This document shows, piece after piece, positions 29,243-37,525 of a stretch of DNA of 64,000 bases (position 1 is the stretch's first letter; each line of letters starts with the position of its first letter). This DNA comes from Candidatus Woesearchaeota archaeon (GTDB lineage Archaea; Nanobdellota; Nanobdellia; SCGC-AAA011-G17; GW2011-AR18), in assembly GCA_018302765.1 (NCBI GenBank), contig JAGVZG010000001.1:4482-68481 (forward strand), written 5' to 3'. The position numbers were made by a program, and so were the translations under genes. The notes beneath the pieces are model-generated. The model saw nothing but the letters and a program-made list of their open reading frames with translations, was not told where the DNA came from and made no database searches.

Positions 29243-30358
29243 ATGTTACCGCAACACTTAATTGCTAAAGTTGAGGATTATTCAAAGAAGTATAAAATTA
29301 GTGATAAGGACCAGAAGGAGATTTTAAAGAGAGTTGAGGAAATTTATAACAAAGCTAAAATTTCTCCTGGTGAATCTATTGGAGTAATTACTGCTGAGAG
29401 TTTTGGTGAACCTAGTACCCAAATGACGTTGAATACATTTCACTTTGCAGGTGTGGCAGAGATGAACGTTACTGTTGGCCTGCCAAGACTGATAGAAATA
29501 TTTGACGCAAGAAAGAGGCCAAGCACCCCAAGAATGGAAATTCCGATAAAATCTAAATATTCCAGGACTGTTGAAGCAGTAAGAGAAGTTGCTATGAAGA
29601 TTAAGGAAACTAAATTGGGAGACATAGCACAGGAAATTTCTATTAATATAGCCAAAGCTACAATTGAAATTGTTTTAGATAAGAAGAAGATGAGGGATTT
29701 GGACATTAAACCAAAATTAGTTCTAGACAAAATAGCAGAGGGATTAAAGAGTGTTGATGTTAAGGATAATGATAGTTCTGTAATACTTAAATCTAAAGAA
29801 AAAGAAATATCTTTGTCTGAAGTTTATAAATTGAAAGAGAAAGCAAAGTCAATCCACATAAGAGGTTTACAGGGAGTTACTCATGTTTTACCTGTCAAGG
29901 GAGATGATGGTAATTATATTATACATTGTGCTGGAAGCAATTTAAAAGACGCTTTGCTTTTAGAGGAAGCTGAAAAAGAGAGAATAATGACTAACGATAT
30001 TTTTGAAATTTCTGATGTTTTAGGCGTAGAAGCTGCTAGAGCTGCCATAATCAATGAAGCTAATAAAGTTATAAAAGATCAAGGCATTGATATAGATATC
30101 AGGCACGTAATGTTTTTAGCTGATGTCATGACAAGAAGCGGTACTGTAAAGGGTGTAACTAGAACAGGAATTGTTGGAGAAAAAGAGAGCGTATTAGCTA
30201 GAGCTAGTTTTGAAACTCCAATTAAACATATAGTTAATGCTAGTTTAGTAGGCGAGAAAGATAATTTGAATAGTGTTGTTGAAAATGTTATAATAAATCA
30301 ACCAGTTCCTCTTGGCACTGGATTGCCTGGCTTAATTGCCAAAATGAAGAAGGACTAA
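29243..30358 (+). CDS. rpoA2: DNA-directed RNA polymerase subunit A''
   Basis: Rpb1 C-terminal trigger-loop region (GVAEMNVTVGLPRL...). Starts 1 nt after the rpoA1 stop. Confidence 0.95.
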   Translation: MLPQHLIAKVEDYSKKYKISDKDQKEILKRVEEIYNKAKISPGESIGVITAESFGEPSTQMTLNTFHFAGVAEMNVTVGLPRLIEIFDARKRPSTPRMEIPIKSKYSRTVEAVREVAMKIKETKLGDIAQEISINIAKATIEIVLDKKKMRDLDIKPKLVLDKIAEGLKSVDVKDNDSSVILKSKEKEISLSEVYKLKEKAKSIHIRGLQGVTHVLPVKGDDGNYIIHCAGSNLKDALLLEEAEKERIMTNDIFEISDVLGVEAARAAIINEANKVIKDQGIDIDIRHVMFLADVMTRSGTVKGVTRTGIVGEKESVLARASFETPIKHIVNASLVGEKDNLNSVVENVIINQPVPLGTGLPGLIAKMKKD

Positions 30359-30360
30359 AC

Positions 30361-30609
30361 ATGAAAGCTGATTTACTAGATGATCTGAAAAAGAAAAAAC
30401 CATTTTTAGGACTGGATATCGCGCTTAAGAAAATTAGAAATGGAAAGATAAGCAAGGCTTATGTTTCTTCTAATAGTGGCGCTAAGAATCAGCTAGTTAG
30501 GCTATGCAAAACAATAGGTGTTGAGGTTATTTTATTACAGGAATCTAGCAAAGATCTGGGAATTATTTGCAAAAAACCGTTTTCTGTTTCAGTAATAAGT
30601 TTTGAGTAA
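30361..30609 (+). CDS. rpl30e: ribosomal protein L30e
   Basis: Short L7Ae/L30e-fold protein in the conserved position after rpoA''. Confidence 0.75.
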   Translation: MKADLLDDLKKKKPFLGLDIALKKIRNGKISKAYVSSNSGAKNQLVRLCKTIGVEVILLQESSKDLGIICKKPFSVSVISFE

Positions 30610-30611
30610 AT

Positions 30612-31019
30612 ATGAAATTAACTTTAGATTCTATAAATAATATTAACTTATTTGAGAACTTAACTAGAGCTAAGGTTAAAGACTGTTTTCAGGAAGATGG
30701 CGTTCTTGTTTTTTTAGTTGAAGAGGGCAATGTTAAGAAAGCTTTAGGAAAAGACAGTTCAAATATTGATAGAATCAGCAAAATACTAAAAAAAGATATT
30801 AAAATTATTGCTTTTTCTAATGATATTTGCAAATTTGTTAGTAATTTAATATATCCAAATAAGGCTGACGAGATAAAATTAGAAGGCAAAACTGTTTTTA
30901 TAGTTGCCAGTGATGTTGGTGTCAAGGGAAGAATATTTGGCAGGTCAAGAGAAAATCTAAAGAGAATAAATTCCTTAGTTAGAAATTATTTCGACGTGGA
31001 AGAAGTTAAAGTTGTATAA
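30612..31019 (+). CDS. nusA: archaeal NusA-like KH-domain transcription factor
   Basis: 135 aa with a KH-domain pattern (GKDSSNIDRISKILKKDIKI). Sits in the conserved position after rpl30e. Confidence 0.75.
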   Translation: MKLTLDSINNINLFENLTRAKVKDCFQEDGVLVFLVEEGNVKKALGKDSSNIDRISKILKKDIKIIAFSNDICKFVSNLIYPNKADEIKLEGKTVFIVASDVGVKGRIFGRSRENLKRINSLVRNYFDVEEVKVV

Positions 31020-31035
31020 TAAAAAGAAAAATAAT

Positions 31036-31686
31036 TTATATTTTTCTTAAACAGTATCTTGCATTTGCGCTTTTACAATTACCCATACTATTTACTTCTA
31101 AGTTTCCAATTTTTTTATTGCTTGTATTTCTTGGACTTAAGTAAAATGGTGCGTCAACGCCTATTATTTTTCCTGTATATTTTTCAGCTGTCATTAGTTG
31201 TGTTACTCTTGCCATGCTTAAGTACTCTCCAACGCCTAGACCCCAAACAGCAACTGTTCCTTCTTTTCCTATTTCATGAGCACTAATAATTAATATTTGA
31301 TGTCCTTGTGCTGGATACAATCCTATTGTACCTGGTTCAGCTTTAGCCACTGCTTCATCTTTTTTGCTGTAAGTTCTATAAGCGCCAGTTTCTGTAACTA
31401 ATCCACTCCATGAGTTCATTACATCATTTGCATATGATAAAGAACTTCCACAAAGTTCTTCTGCTACAGTTACTGGGTCTCTGGAAAAGAAATCTGGTGC
31501 ATAGAGATGTGTTCTTCCTGCATTTACTAGTGCTTCTGGAAGTTGGCCTAATGTTTTCTCATCGCCTTCCCTCATATTTTTTAATAATCTTTCTAAATTG
31601 TTATCTAGTTCAATACCCATTCCTAATAGTCTTCTTCTTGTTAAATTTGCAAATGCTTCTAATAATTGGTTTTTTCCCATTGCCAT
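31036..31686 (-). CDS. hypothetical protein, last gene of the five-gene SNF2-helicase operon
   Basis: 216 aa with a Gly-rich core (GTIGLYPAQGHQILIISAHEIGKEGTVAVWGLGVGEY). Family not recognised. Confidence 0.45.
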   Translation of the reverse strand: MAMGKNQLLEAFANLTRRRLLGMGIELDNNLERLLKNMREGDEKTLGQLPEALVNAGRTHLYAPDFFSRDPVTVAEELCGSSLSYANDVMNSWSGLVTETGAYRTYSKKDEAVAKAEPGTIGLYPAQGHQILIISAHEIGKEGTVAVWGLGVGEYLSMARVTQLMTAEKYTGKIIGVDAPFYLSPRNTSNKKIGNLEVNSMGNCKSANARYCLRKI

Positions 31687-31687
31687 T

Positions 31688-32782
31688 TTATTCTCCTTGC
31701 CTGATAATTGTTACAGGCATTCTATGATTAATGTTGAAATCTTTGAACTTTCCCATAATCTCAAACTTTCTTCTTACCCTATTCAGAACCTCTTTTTCTT
31801 CGTCTGATGTTACTGCAATGTTGTTGTCAATATCTCTTAAAACATCATCATGACTTACATCAGGTTTTCTATAAAGATTTAAATATCTTTCTGTTAATGT
31901 TTTTTCTATTCTTGCTTTTAATACATCTTTAATATTGAATGCTTGATAAGATAATATTTTTCTTTTTCTATTTGCAGCTACTGCACTCCAGTCTATACTT
32001 ACGTTATTTCCATTTACTCTTACTCTTCTTGGCCCAGGTATGTAGACTTTGCTAGTGCGTTCTGGCTTTACTATAAATAAATTATTACCATTTGCATATT
32101 TTAGATACAGTGCTAATAAATTCTCATCTGGTTCTGTTTCTTTATACGTTAATGCAGAACAGTGCAATAATTTTGCTCTTTCTGAAAGTTCTGAGTTTGC
32201 TATACTAAATATTCCATCTTCTAAGTCTTCTTCACCATATCTATATACCAATCTTGTTGTTAAATTTAGGTAAGTTCCTTGTGGTTTTGCTGTTGGTATG
32301 ATTTTTTCCTTTGTTATGTCATATCTGAGTAAAAAATTAAATAAGTCTATTTTCTCATCTAACTTTCTTTTTTCTTTTAGCTCTGCATAAATTTCTAGCA
32401 CTTCTTCGATTAATCTTTTGTCTGAGACAACAGCAACTGCATCTTCTATTTTTGAGTAACTTGCATTTTCTAATGCTTCTGTGTAAACTTTTTCAATTAA
32501 ATCTCTGTTTGCCATCGACAGCATTGAAAAGTGACCTACTGTTGACGTTGCTTTTGGAATGAGTGATTCTGGTTTTTTAGCTTCTTCTTTGCTTATTCTA
32601 AATGTTTCTGGAATAAATTCTCTATATGAATTTGCAACACTGTACTCTCCTAATTTATCACAGTTCCAGAAAAATGCGAACGACCATAAGTTATATGTTC
32701 TGTCATACTTAGCAGTACCATAAGTTGCTAACATTATGTCAGCAAGTTCTGCAGCTTGTTGGTTGTATTTTTCTCTTTCCAT
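31688..32782 (-). CDS. hypothetical protein, gene 4 of the operon
   Basis: 364 aa. 1-nt spacing to both neighbours, which implies translational coupling. Confidence 0.45.
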   Translation of the reverse strand: MEREKYNQQAAELADIMLATYGTAKYDRTYNLWSFAFFWNCDKLGEYSVANSYREFIPETFRISKEEAKKPESLIPKATSTVGHFSMLSMANRDLIEKVYTEALENASYSKIEDAVAVVSDKRLIEEVLEIYAELKEKRKLDEKIDLFNFLLRYDITKEKIIPTAKPQGTYLNLTTRLVYRYGEEDLEDGIFSIANSELSERAKLLHCSALTYKETEPDENLLALYLKYANGNNLFIVKPERTSKVYIPGPRRVRVNGNNVSIDWSAVAANRKRKILSYQAFNIKDVLKARIEKTLTERYLNLYRKPDVSHDDVLRDIDNNIAVTSDEEKEVLNRVRRKFEIMGKFKDFNINHRMPVTIIRQGE

Positions 32783-32783
32783 T

Positions 32784-35700
32784 TTATTCTTCTGCCAGTT
32801 TTCTTAGCACTGCTGCCAGTCTTGATAATTCCTCTTCTGGTGTTTCTCTTATTGTTTCTCCGAGTGCTAATATCTCTGGATGTATTGGTTCTCCTTGCGT
32901 TGGTTTTATTTTTGTAGGCTCTATATCTGTATCTATATTTAAGAATCCTGAACATTCATATCTTCTGAATTTTGCTTCTTTTTTTATTATTTCTGCTTCA
33001 TTTTGGGTTCCATCTACTATTTTGTATTCTTCTAACATTCTAAAGTAATGCCCTTCTTCATATCTTGACTTCTTGTCATCTATTTTTTTTGCTACAATTA
33101 CATATGCTTCAAACCCATTTCTCTTTTCTTCGCCTGTATCTATGTCAATAGACTTCATTGATTTGTAAGTTCCAGTTAATTGCCTGTCTATTTCAAAGCC
33201 AATTTCAGTCATATCTTTAATGAACTGTTCCCTGCAACTTATATCTATCTTTGATGTTGGTTCTATAATTAACATATAACTACCATTTTTCATTACTCTT
33301 TTATTTTCAGTGAAGTATTGTTTTCTTTCTTCTTCTGTTGCAAAATCCAAGGCCAAAGAACATACAATTAGATCCTTAGACTTTTCTTCCAAGCTTTCTG
33401 TTTTTTCATATTTCTTTTTCGGATCAAACACTTTGTTCTCTTGTGAATGAGGGACTAGATTTCTTAGGTCTGTGTAAGAACCCAAATAATATTTGTTTTC
33501 TTTATTTCCTTTTTCTTCACATGCATCTATTCCATAATCTAATTGAAATCTATTTACATCTATGCATATAGTTTTTCTTTCTAAAATTCTTGATACTGTT
33601 GCTGGGCCAGAACCTTCATCCAGTATGTCTTCAAGTTTTCTTCCTATTTTATTTTCTAGTCCTAGAATAATATCCCTTGCCAGTCTTGCACAATTGGATG
33701 AGAAACTGTATTCCCATGCGTAGTTATAATTTTTTGCTAGGAACATTGCATTGTCATGCGCACTCATTTCCTCTACAAATCTTTCTACACCTCTGCCCCT
33801 GAGATTATTAAACATTAATGCAACTATGCTTCTTGAGTTTAAATTCAACAAACTACCAATTTCTGCTGATTTCTCTGGTTTTGTATCATCTATGAAAGCA
33901 TTTATTTCCTCTGGTGTTGCATCTTCTCCCTTGAACACTAGGTTTATTAAATATGCCTTCCAGTCTCTGAATTTATACTTTGAATCTTCAAACGTGTTTA
34001 CTGCTCTTGGTTGATGTACTTCAACTTCATTATGTTTTCCAGATCTTACAATTCTGGCTAATAATTGTTCAAATCTTGCCGGTACTGTTGTAGCTTCATA
34101 TTCTATTAGCATATCTGCTTCCTGAACATCTGCTCCTTCTCTTAGTGTTCCATAGCTTACTGATAATACTGTTTTTGCTGGGTTAGTTTGAAATTCTAAT
34201 AAAGCTAGATCCCTTTGTGATGGATCCCATATTTCATAGTTTCTAATTTCTAATCTTTGTCTTGCTGCGAGAGATAGATCAGATCTGAATTTTTGTCCTT
34301 CTTCATAAAGCCCTTCTGATCTTAATGTTTCAATTTCTTCATTTTTTAATTGTATTTCTACTGGCTGTGCTGATACTGTCTGATCTATTCTTACACACCC
34401 ATATTCAGCTAGTTTTTCCTCTAGAAAACTTGTCAGATTAGTTGAATATTCACATGCAACAATAACTTTTTTATTGTCTTTTTTTGCTTTTTTTATTATT
34501 TCTACTGTTGTTTGTAACTTGCTTGGAATGGTATTTTCTGCATATTCTCTTAATTTTGGATTTATTTCAAAGAATCTTTCTATTTTATTTTTTAATGAGT
34601 CTTGTCTTTCACTATCTGTAAAGTTATCAGGAAGCAGCTTTTTTGGATTTGTAAGTAGATAATTTAATAGTAAGTATCTCTCTCTACCTTCAAATAATGT
34701 TGAGTTTATTATTTCTATATACAAGTCTGTTTCTTTTTCTGTTAATTCATAATTAACATTTATGAGAATTGGTTCTTTTACATCTGGATCTACATCTTTT
34801 AGTTCCCTGATTGGATTTGAATGTATGTCCAGTACTGCCCTTACTATTTTTGGATTGTCCCTAAATACTGCAGTGAAATCTTTAGGGTTATCTATAATAC
34901 CCATTAGATAAAATTCATAGGCTATATTTGAAACATAGTTTCTAATTCCTGTTCCGCTTACCAATGTTCCCCATTTTGAATATCTGAATAATTCTCCAAG
35001 GGCTATTGCAGTTGCTGAATCAGGATCTATTACATTGTGTATTTCATCATATATGACATAGTAAGGCTTACCATCTGCTCTGAATGCCTGCTGTCTTAAC
35101 GCTGTTGCAATGCTTGCAGCTTCTGCATTTTTTTCTTCGATTACTATTCTTTTCAGCAAAGCATCTAGACTTCTTTCTTTTCTTGTATATTCTTTAAAAT
35201 GATCTTCTATCATTGAATTTCTGAGAATTTCCAATGCCCTTTCTTTTGTGTAAACAGTTGTTAGAAGTTCTATGTATTTCTCTTCCATTTCTGCTGCAGT
35301 TTCTGGATCACTTATATCTATGCCTGTTCTTCTATGGCTCAGTTCATAACCTAGCAACACAAGATCTACGTCTTCTCTTGCTGCTTTTTTTATAGAATAT
35401 CTTCTATTTCTTCTTGTAACTACACTGATATTTGGATCTTTTAATAACCTTTCTGCTTCTCTGATCCATGTTGGAATTATATACGTTGGACAGCATATCA
35501 ATGTTTTAACTTTGCCATTTTCTCCAAGTTCTTTCATAAAAACTTCATTAATTATGGGTATTGCAGACAGAACCCCAATAGTTTTTCTTGTTCCTGGCTT
35601 GCTAAACTCAAATCTTTTTTTGCCTTCCATTCCAGATAATGCTATTTCTGTTGCTGCTAGTTGTTGTTCTGGAGATGGAATGTCTACAGTTGATGCATCA

Positions 35701-35888
35701 AAATAAGTATCTCTTCCTAAATTATTAAATATATTTTCTATCCCGCCAAATTCTTCTGCTTCTTGTATTATTTGTGATCCATATGGGAATTGTTCTAGAA
35801 AATGTTTGTTTGGAATGAATCTTAATCTATTCAAAACTCTGCTTATTCCTTGCTCTAGTTCTATAAGTTTCTGAGGTTCTATTTGCAT
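32784..35888 (-). CDS. SNF2-family helicase (degenerate P-loop) fused to a C-terminal Rossmann/MTase-like domain
   Basis: SNF2 N-lobe has KPGTRKT in place of GLGKT, LICCPTYIIPTW, a DEIH box and LVSGTGIRNY (the SNF2 LSGTPIQN-like motif). C-lobe motif VI is GADVQEADMLIEYEATTVPARFEQLLARIVRSG. The C-terminal ~350 aa contain ILDEGSGPATV...CIDVN (SAM-MTase motif I / post-I-like). Confidence 0.7.
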   Translation of the reverse strand: MQIEPQKLIELEQGISRVLNRLRFIPNKHFLEQFPYGSQIIQEAEEFGGIENIFNNLGRDTYFDASTVDIPSPEQQLAATEIALSGMEGKKRFEFSKPGTRKTIGVLSAIPIINEVFMKELGENGKVKTLICCPTYIIPTWIREAERLLKDPNISVVTRRNRRYSIKKAAREDVDLVLLGYELSHRRTGIDISDPETAAEMEEKYIELLTTVYTKERALEILRNSMIEDHFKEYTRKERSLDALLKRIVIEEKNAEAASIATALRQQAFRADGKPYYVIYDEIHNVIDPDSATAIALGELFRYSKWGTLVSGTGIRNYVSNIAYEFYLMGIIDNPKDFTAVFRDNPKIVRAVLDIHSNPIRELKDVDPDVKEPILINVNYELTEKETDLYIEIINSTLFEGRERYLLLNYLLTNPKKLLPDNFTDSERQDSLKNKIERFFEINPKLREYAENTIPSKLQTTVEIIKKAKKDNKKVIVACEYSTNLTSFLEEKLAEYGCVRIDQTVSAQPVEIQLKNEEIETLRSEGLYEEGQKFRSDLSLAARQRLEIRNYEIWDPSQRDLALLEFQTNPAKTVLSVSYGTLREGADVQEADMLIEYEATTVPARFEQLLARIVRSGKHNEVEVHQPRAVNTFEDSKYKFRDWKAYLINLVFKGEDATPEEINAFIDDTKPEKSAEIGSLLNLNSRSIVALMFNNLRGRGVERFVEEMSAHDNAMFLAKNYNYAWEYSFSSNCARLARDIILGLENKIGRKLEDILDEGSGPATVSRILERKTICIDVNRFQLDYGIDACEEKGNKENKYYLGSYTDLRNLVPHSQENKVFDPKKKYEKTESLEEKSKDLIVCSLALDFATEEERKQYFTENKRVMKNGSYMLIIEPTSKIDISCREQFIKDMTEIGFEIDRQLTGTYKSMKSIDIDTGEEKRNGFEAYVIVAKKIDDKKSRYEEGHYFRMLEEYKIVDGTQNEAEIIKKEAKFRRYECSGFLNIDTDIEPTKIKPTQGEPIHPEILALGETIRETPEEELSRLAAVLRKLAEE

Positions 35889-35893
35889 TTTTA

Positions 35894-37525
35894 TTATGTT
35901 GCATCTTTATTCTCACCAGTTCTTTTTTCTATTTCATCAACAAAGTACTGCCTGTTTATTCCAATGTATGATCTTAATAGTCTAACTAAATATGTACCAC
36001 ATTCAGTTAATGGTCTTTCTTCATATCTTATTGATGTAAATCTGCCTTTATCTTTATCTAGTAATGAATCATATAATGTTCTGCCAAAAGTACTGCATTC
36101 TCCTTGCGTGTTTAATTCAGTCTTTTTTTCATCAAATACGCCTTTCTCTAATTGTTTTACAAATGCTTTTTTGAGAAGCCTATCGTACAAGTCATATCTT
36201 TCTATTAAATTTCCTATGCCATCTGTGTATTCATTCATTGCACCTCCAATAGTTCTTGGTTCTGATCCTTTATCTGTTTCTTTTTCCATTACACCTTCCA
36301 TCCATAATCCCGCAACCAAAAATCTGAAAAATATTTTATCATAAGAATGATCAGGATCTATAACTAATCTGCCAAGATCAGATACTGCTTCAAATATCTT
36401 ATCTCTAGATGACCTTTCGTCTTCTGTTGTTCTTAACTTAGGCAAAATGTTCTTTTGTATATATTCATCATTTTTTATATAATCAGCAGCTTTCGCATAA
36501 GCAACCCATTTAGCTGTGCTTGAAATATATCTCTTAAAATCTTCCTTACTCATTTCTATTCCAGTTCTTTTTACTGAATATAGTACGTCCAATGCTAATT
36601 GCCTAAAACATATAACAAAGTGTTCTCCTTTATCATCCAATCTTTTGGATATTTTTTTATCAATGAATCTTTTATACAATGGAAGAACTGATTCTGATTT
36701 TTCACATAATTCTCTTAGTTTTTTCTTTTCGCGATCTTCTCTTATTATATATTCAAGCAGAACTTCTCCAGCTGTTTTCCTTATATCTTCCTTTTCTATT
36801 ATTTCAGTTATAACTCTTTTAGTTTTACGGCTTATTTCTCCTCTGTGTTTTGCAACGTATGACGTTATTGATTCTACTTCTATTGTTAAACCTAAATTTG
36901 TTGCTGTTTCTAAAAATGCTGGGTCATTTATTATTTCTTCTAGGTCGTCTCTATTTGTGAATGTACGTGTTTTTTTAATTTTCTCAGGATTAGCTAAAGC
37001 AAAGAATGCCAGTGCGTCTGCATTTTCAATTAAGTAAGTATCTAGTGCTTGGTCTCTAACATATCCTGGTTTGTCTTTTGTTGGTTTAAAGGTTGGCTTT
37101 CCTTTTTTACCTGTCTTTTTCTTTTTAGCTGAGTCTATACGGTTTGATGTGTCAAGCATTGTTGAATAAGCTAATATGTCTGTAATTTCATCTAAACCTT
37201 GTTGCGGGTCTGATAGGTCTAAATTTCCATCTTGGCCTTTTGTGAGTATGACCTTTCCACCTTTCATAATTGTTACATAGTAAATATTACTTCCAGGTAT
37301 TCTCATCATTACAATTTTGGTATCTGATCCTGAATTTCCAGTTGGTTCTTCTGAAGTTGTTGTTCTTGCAAGTGGATCTAATCTATGCAATAATTCTTCT
37401 AGTTCTCTTCTATCTTGTGGCCTTTTTGTATCTATATTACCATCTACTGCTAATCTAACTAATTCATGATAACTAAGTCTTTCCTGTCTTGCAAAATCTT
37501 TTAGTGTTATTTTACCGTCTGTCAT
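35894..37525 (-). CDS. hypothetical protein with an N-terminal wHTH-like segment, gene 2 of the operon
   Basis: 543 aa. N-terminus is ITLKDFARQERLSYHELVRLAV. No NTPase motifs. Overlaps the upstream gene by 4 nt. Confidence 0.45.
   Translation of the reverse strand: MTDGKITLKDFARQERLSYHELVRLAVDGNIDTKRPQDRRELEELLHRLDPLARTTTSEEPTGNSGSDTKIVMMRIPGSNIYYVTIMKGGKVILTKGQDGNLDLSDPQQGLDEITDILAYSTMLDTSNRIDSAKKKKTGKKGKPTFKPTKDKPGYVRDQALDTYLIENADALAFFALANPEKIKKTRTFTNRDDLEEIINDPAFLETATNLGLTIEVESITSYVAKHRGEISRKTKRVITEIIEKEDIRKTAGEVLLEYIIREDREKKKLRELCEKSESVLPLYKRFIDKKISKRLDDKGEHFVICFRQLALDVLYSVKRTGIEMSKEDFKRYISSTAKWVAYAKAADYIKNDEYIQKNILPKLRTTEDERSSRDKIFEAVSDLGRLVIDPDHSYDKIFFRFLVAGLWMEGVMEKETDKGSEPRTIGGAMNEYTDGIGNLIERYDLYDRLLKKAFVKQLEKGVFDEKKTELNTQGECSTFGRTLYDSLLDKDKGRFTSIRYEERPLTECGTYLVRLLRSYIGINRQYFVDEIEKRTGENKDAT

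Noticed and set aside
35883-36344. 153-aa plus-strand ORF
   Set aside because: Antisense, entirely within the 543-aa operon gene. Low-complexity Ser/Leu-rich translation typical of AT-rich antisense frames.
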